Source: Ginglymostoma cirratum (lineage: Eukaryota). From it: DNA of 64,000 nucleotides. Location of the stretch: contig JAHRHZ010000031.1 of assembly GCA_024137785.1 (NCBI GenBank), positions 8,059,582 through 8,123,581 of the forward strand. Reading direction: 5' to 3'. The translations under genes were made by a program, and so were the position numbers. The notes beneath the pieces are model-generated. The model saw nothing but the letters and a program-made list of their open reading frames with translations. It was not told the DNA's origin and did not search any database. This document shows, piece after piece, positions 61,828 to 64,000 of this stretch (the stretch's first letter is position 1; every line of letters starts with the position of its first letter).

Positions 61828-64000
61828 AGCTTTCCTGCTCCTCTGATGCTGCTTGGCCTGCTGTGTTCGTCCAGCTCTACACCTTATTATTCGACATTCT
61901 AAAACAGTTGTGACTGACAGAGAGGGTGCCAGAAGAGGGAAGTCGGGACCATCCGCCGCCTGGTCATAAGTTCGGACTGCAAGCATCACTCATCATTTTT
62001 GTGTTGCTCATATTCCCATGTGTTCTCTACATTTAAGACGACACCAAAAACATTTCATTCCCAGATTGCCTTTTTAGGATTTTCTGACAACCCTTTTGCA
62101 GTAGCGAACAATGCTCTTCCTTCTTCAGGGGAGAAACAAAATCCACCAAGAGATATTAGTCTCGATGAATTGTTTTCATATGTTTGACCAAAATTACAAC
62201 AGAAAGCCAGCAATCCCACATCTCCTTAGATGGGTTACATTTAATATAGGAAATACGTTGTTGAACAGCCCGGAAAATTACATACTTCACTAATTGGGAT
62301 CAAATACTATCTTCAAAGAACCTCGTCGTTATTTTCTGCCGGCATATTTCTAATTAGATACTGTTGAGCCAGGCAGCCAAACCCGGTTTAATATGGAGTA
62401 TCAGCAGGCATTGCTGAAACTACACCAAGAACGTCCACTAAGAGATACAAACAGAATGAAGCTATTACACACAGCAAGATAAACAACATAACTGCAAACT
62501 AGAGAGATCGAGGAGATACTGCAGCTAAAGGTTTGGGACAAGACTCTGCTGCATCAAGTCAAAATGATTAGCAATCATAAAACCACAGAGTGGAAGCTTC
62601 CTGAACATCTGTCCTTGACCATGATTGGAGCTGCCTGGAGTGCAGACTATCTCATTTAACCTCACTGGAAAGCACCATCAATCGGAAGAACTGAATCTAT
62701 TGATGGAGAAAATCTTATTTTTTTTTAAAACAGTGACTAAATCAATAAACATAACCGTCGTCAGCAACATCTGCATCCCAAGGGCACTTATTTTTTTAAA
62801 AACTCAACACAAGCATCTCAAAAGGAGGGAGCATAAAACGTTGACGGAATCAACAACACCCACTTTCAAGATTACAAAGCTCTGCACTACATCACTTTGC
62901 TGTTTAGTAATGGATGAAGACAGGGCCCCTCCAAATTGCACAGGACTTTTCCATGTGTGTTTTCTGATATGTATCAGGTCCTTCCCATTATTCACAAAAC
63001 TAATGAGTATCCAAGAATCAGAAACTGGTTCATACAAACCCCCAGAACCAATTCTCAAGGAGTTACATTGGAGAGCTCATAACAGCAGTGTGCCTTCACA
63101 GAGTATGCATTTATTCATTACTCACGATGAAAGGGACATATATAAATAGCAAGCAGGCTAAAATATACTGATGGATGTCTTTACCATTGGTGAGCTTAAT
63201 AGGGCTTACTAAATGTGCTGGTGACATCGAGTGAAAGAACATCAATACTGGACTCGCCTTAATTTTTATTCTGCTGACAGGTCATCTAATTTGGACAGCT
63301 TGGACTCGTTCCACACTGCGTAATTAGACAGTTGAAAATATGACTGGATTTAACACAGCCGAGAGCTTTGCGAGCATGGATTTGTCTTAGCTTGTTGTTC
63401 CTTCAAACATTAAATGCATCCTTCCGTTTTTAGGGAAATCAGTCTTCTGATAACTGCATGGAGTTTTCTTGTAATATTCAAATCTTCCAGACTGCCAATG
63501 ACTACACTTGACTTATGTTTTATCTGTAGACATGAATTGGCAATGTATATTACAGTGAAGGATAAGGCAAAAATTAAGTCACACTGAAACTTTAGTTTAA
63601 ACTTGACTTACCATTAAAAAGTCTACATTACAGCAAGACTAACAGTTTATTCTTCATGCCCTGTATTTACAGCCTGCATAAAAGAGCTCAAGATTCAAAA
63701 TACAACACAATATTGGCAGATGTAAAATATTCCCCAAAGCAGGATGGGATCTTTGTTCCCTTCCAAACTAAGCAGAGTAAATCAGCATCCTGACTCAGCA
63801 AAAACAACAGCTGATCTTGCCTGATCATGAATCGATTTGCACTCAAAGATCCAAATAAAAGGTCAGTTTCCCCAAACACAAATGCCCCAAATGGATAAGC
63901 CATTAATACTGTGCCATATAAAATGCTAACATTTAATCTAAATACAGAGGGGTTCAACATATTTTACCTGTGTAACAAAATGAACACGACGCAACCACGT

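Larger units (their letters stand above)
61332..61893. mobile_element. Fold-back Penelope-terminal element spanning the gap
   Basis: 61373-61394 and 61869-61890 are near reverse complements; flanks ACACTCTAAAATAG (61318-61331) / ACATTCTAAAACAG (61894-61907). Confidence 0.8.

Noticed and set aside
61288-61989. 233-aa ORF
   Set aside because: Artefact of reading through 400 Ns; the flanks are Penelope-terminal repeat
62625-63149. 174-aa plus-strand ORF or possible LINE remnant at 62400-62900
   Set aside because: No motif I can assign with confidence
1-64000. Conserved miRNA, snoRNA or rRNA genes; prokaryotic operons or defence systems
   Set aside because: No known mature miRNA or rRNA sequence recognised by eye (an Infernal/Rfam scan would be decisive); there are no long ORFs or operon structure

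Overview
Eukaryotic, AT-rich, repeat-dense DNA that is most likely intronic or intergenic. The repeat inventory (HE1-type V-SINE, Deu-domain SINEs, CR1/HER1 LINEs, Penelope-like elements, Rex1/Babar, Tx1, RTE, L2, solo LTRs) points to a cartilaginous fish, probably a shark; this is inference from repeat families recalled from knowledge, not a database result. I recognise no intact protein-coding gene, rRNA, tRNA gene or CRISPR array. The recognisable ORFs in the track are decayed retroelement fragments; the rest look like chance ORFs. The most striking structure is a set of about 9 short (45-560 bp) Penelope-terminal units. Several carry a minimal type-I hammerhead ribozyme core (consensus CTGARGA-A-GGGTC-N2-4-GACCC-GAAACGTY), many are in fold-back arrangement, and six are flanked by their own 7-16 bp target-site-like direct repeats, three of these inside other repeats. 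Also present: multi-level nested insertions, a probable ancient hAT transposase fossil, repeat-poor islands with enhancer-like motif clusters, a few unassignable exon-like segments, and a 400-N assembly gap inside one of the fold-back units. Repeat boundaries are approximate (tens of bp) unless exact motifs are quoted.
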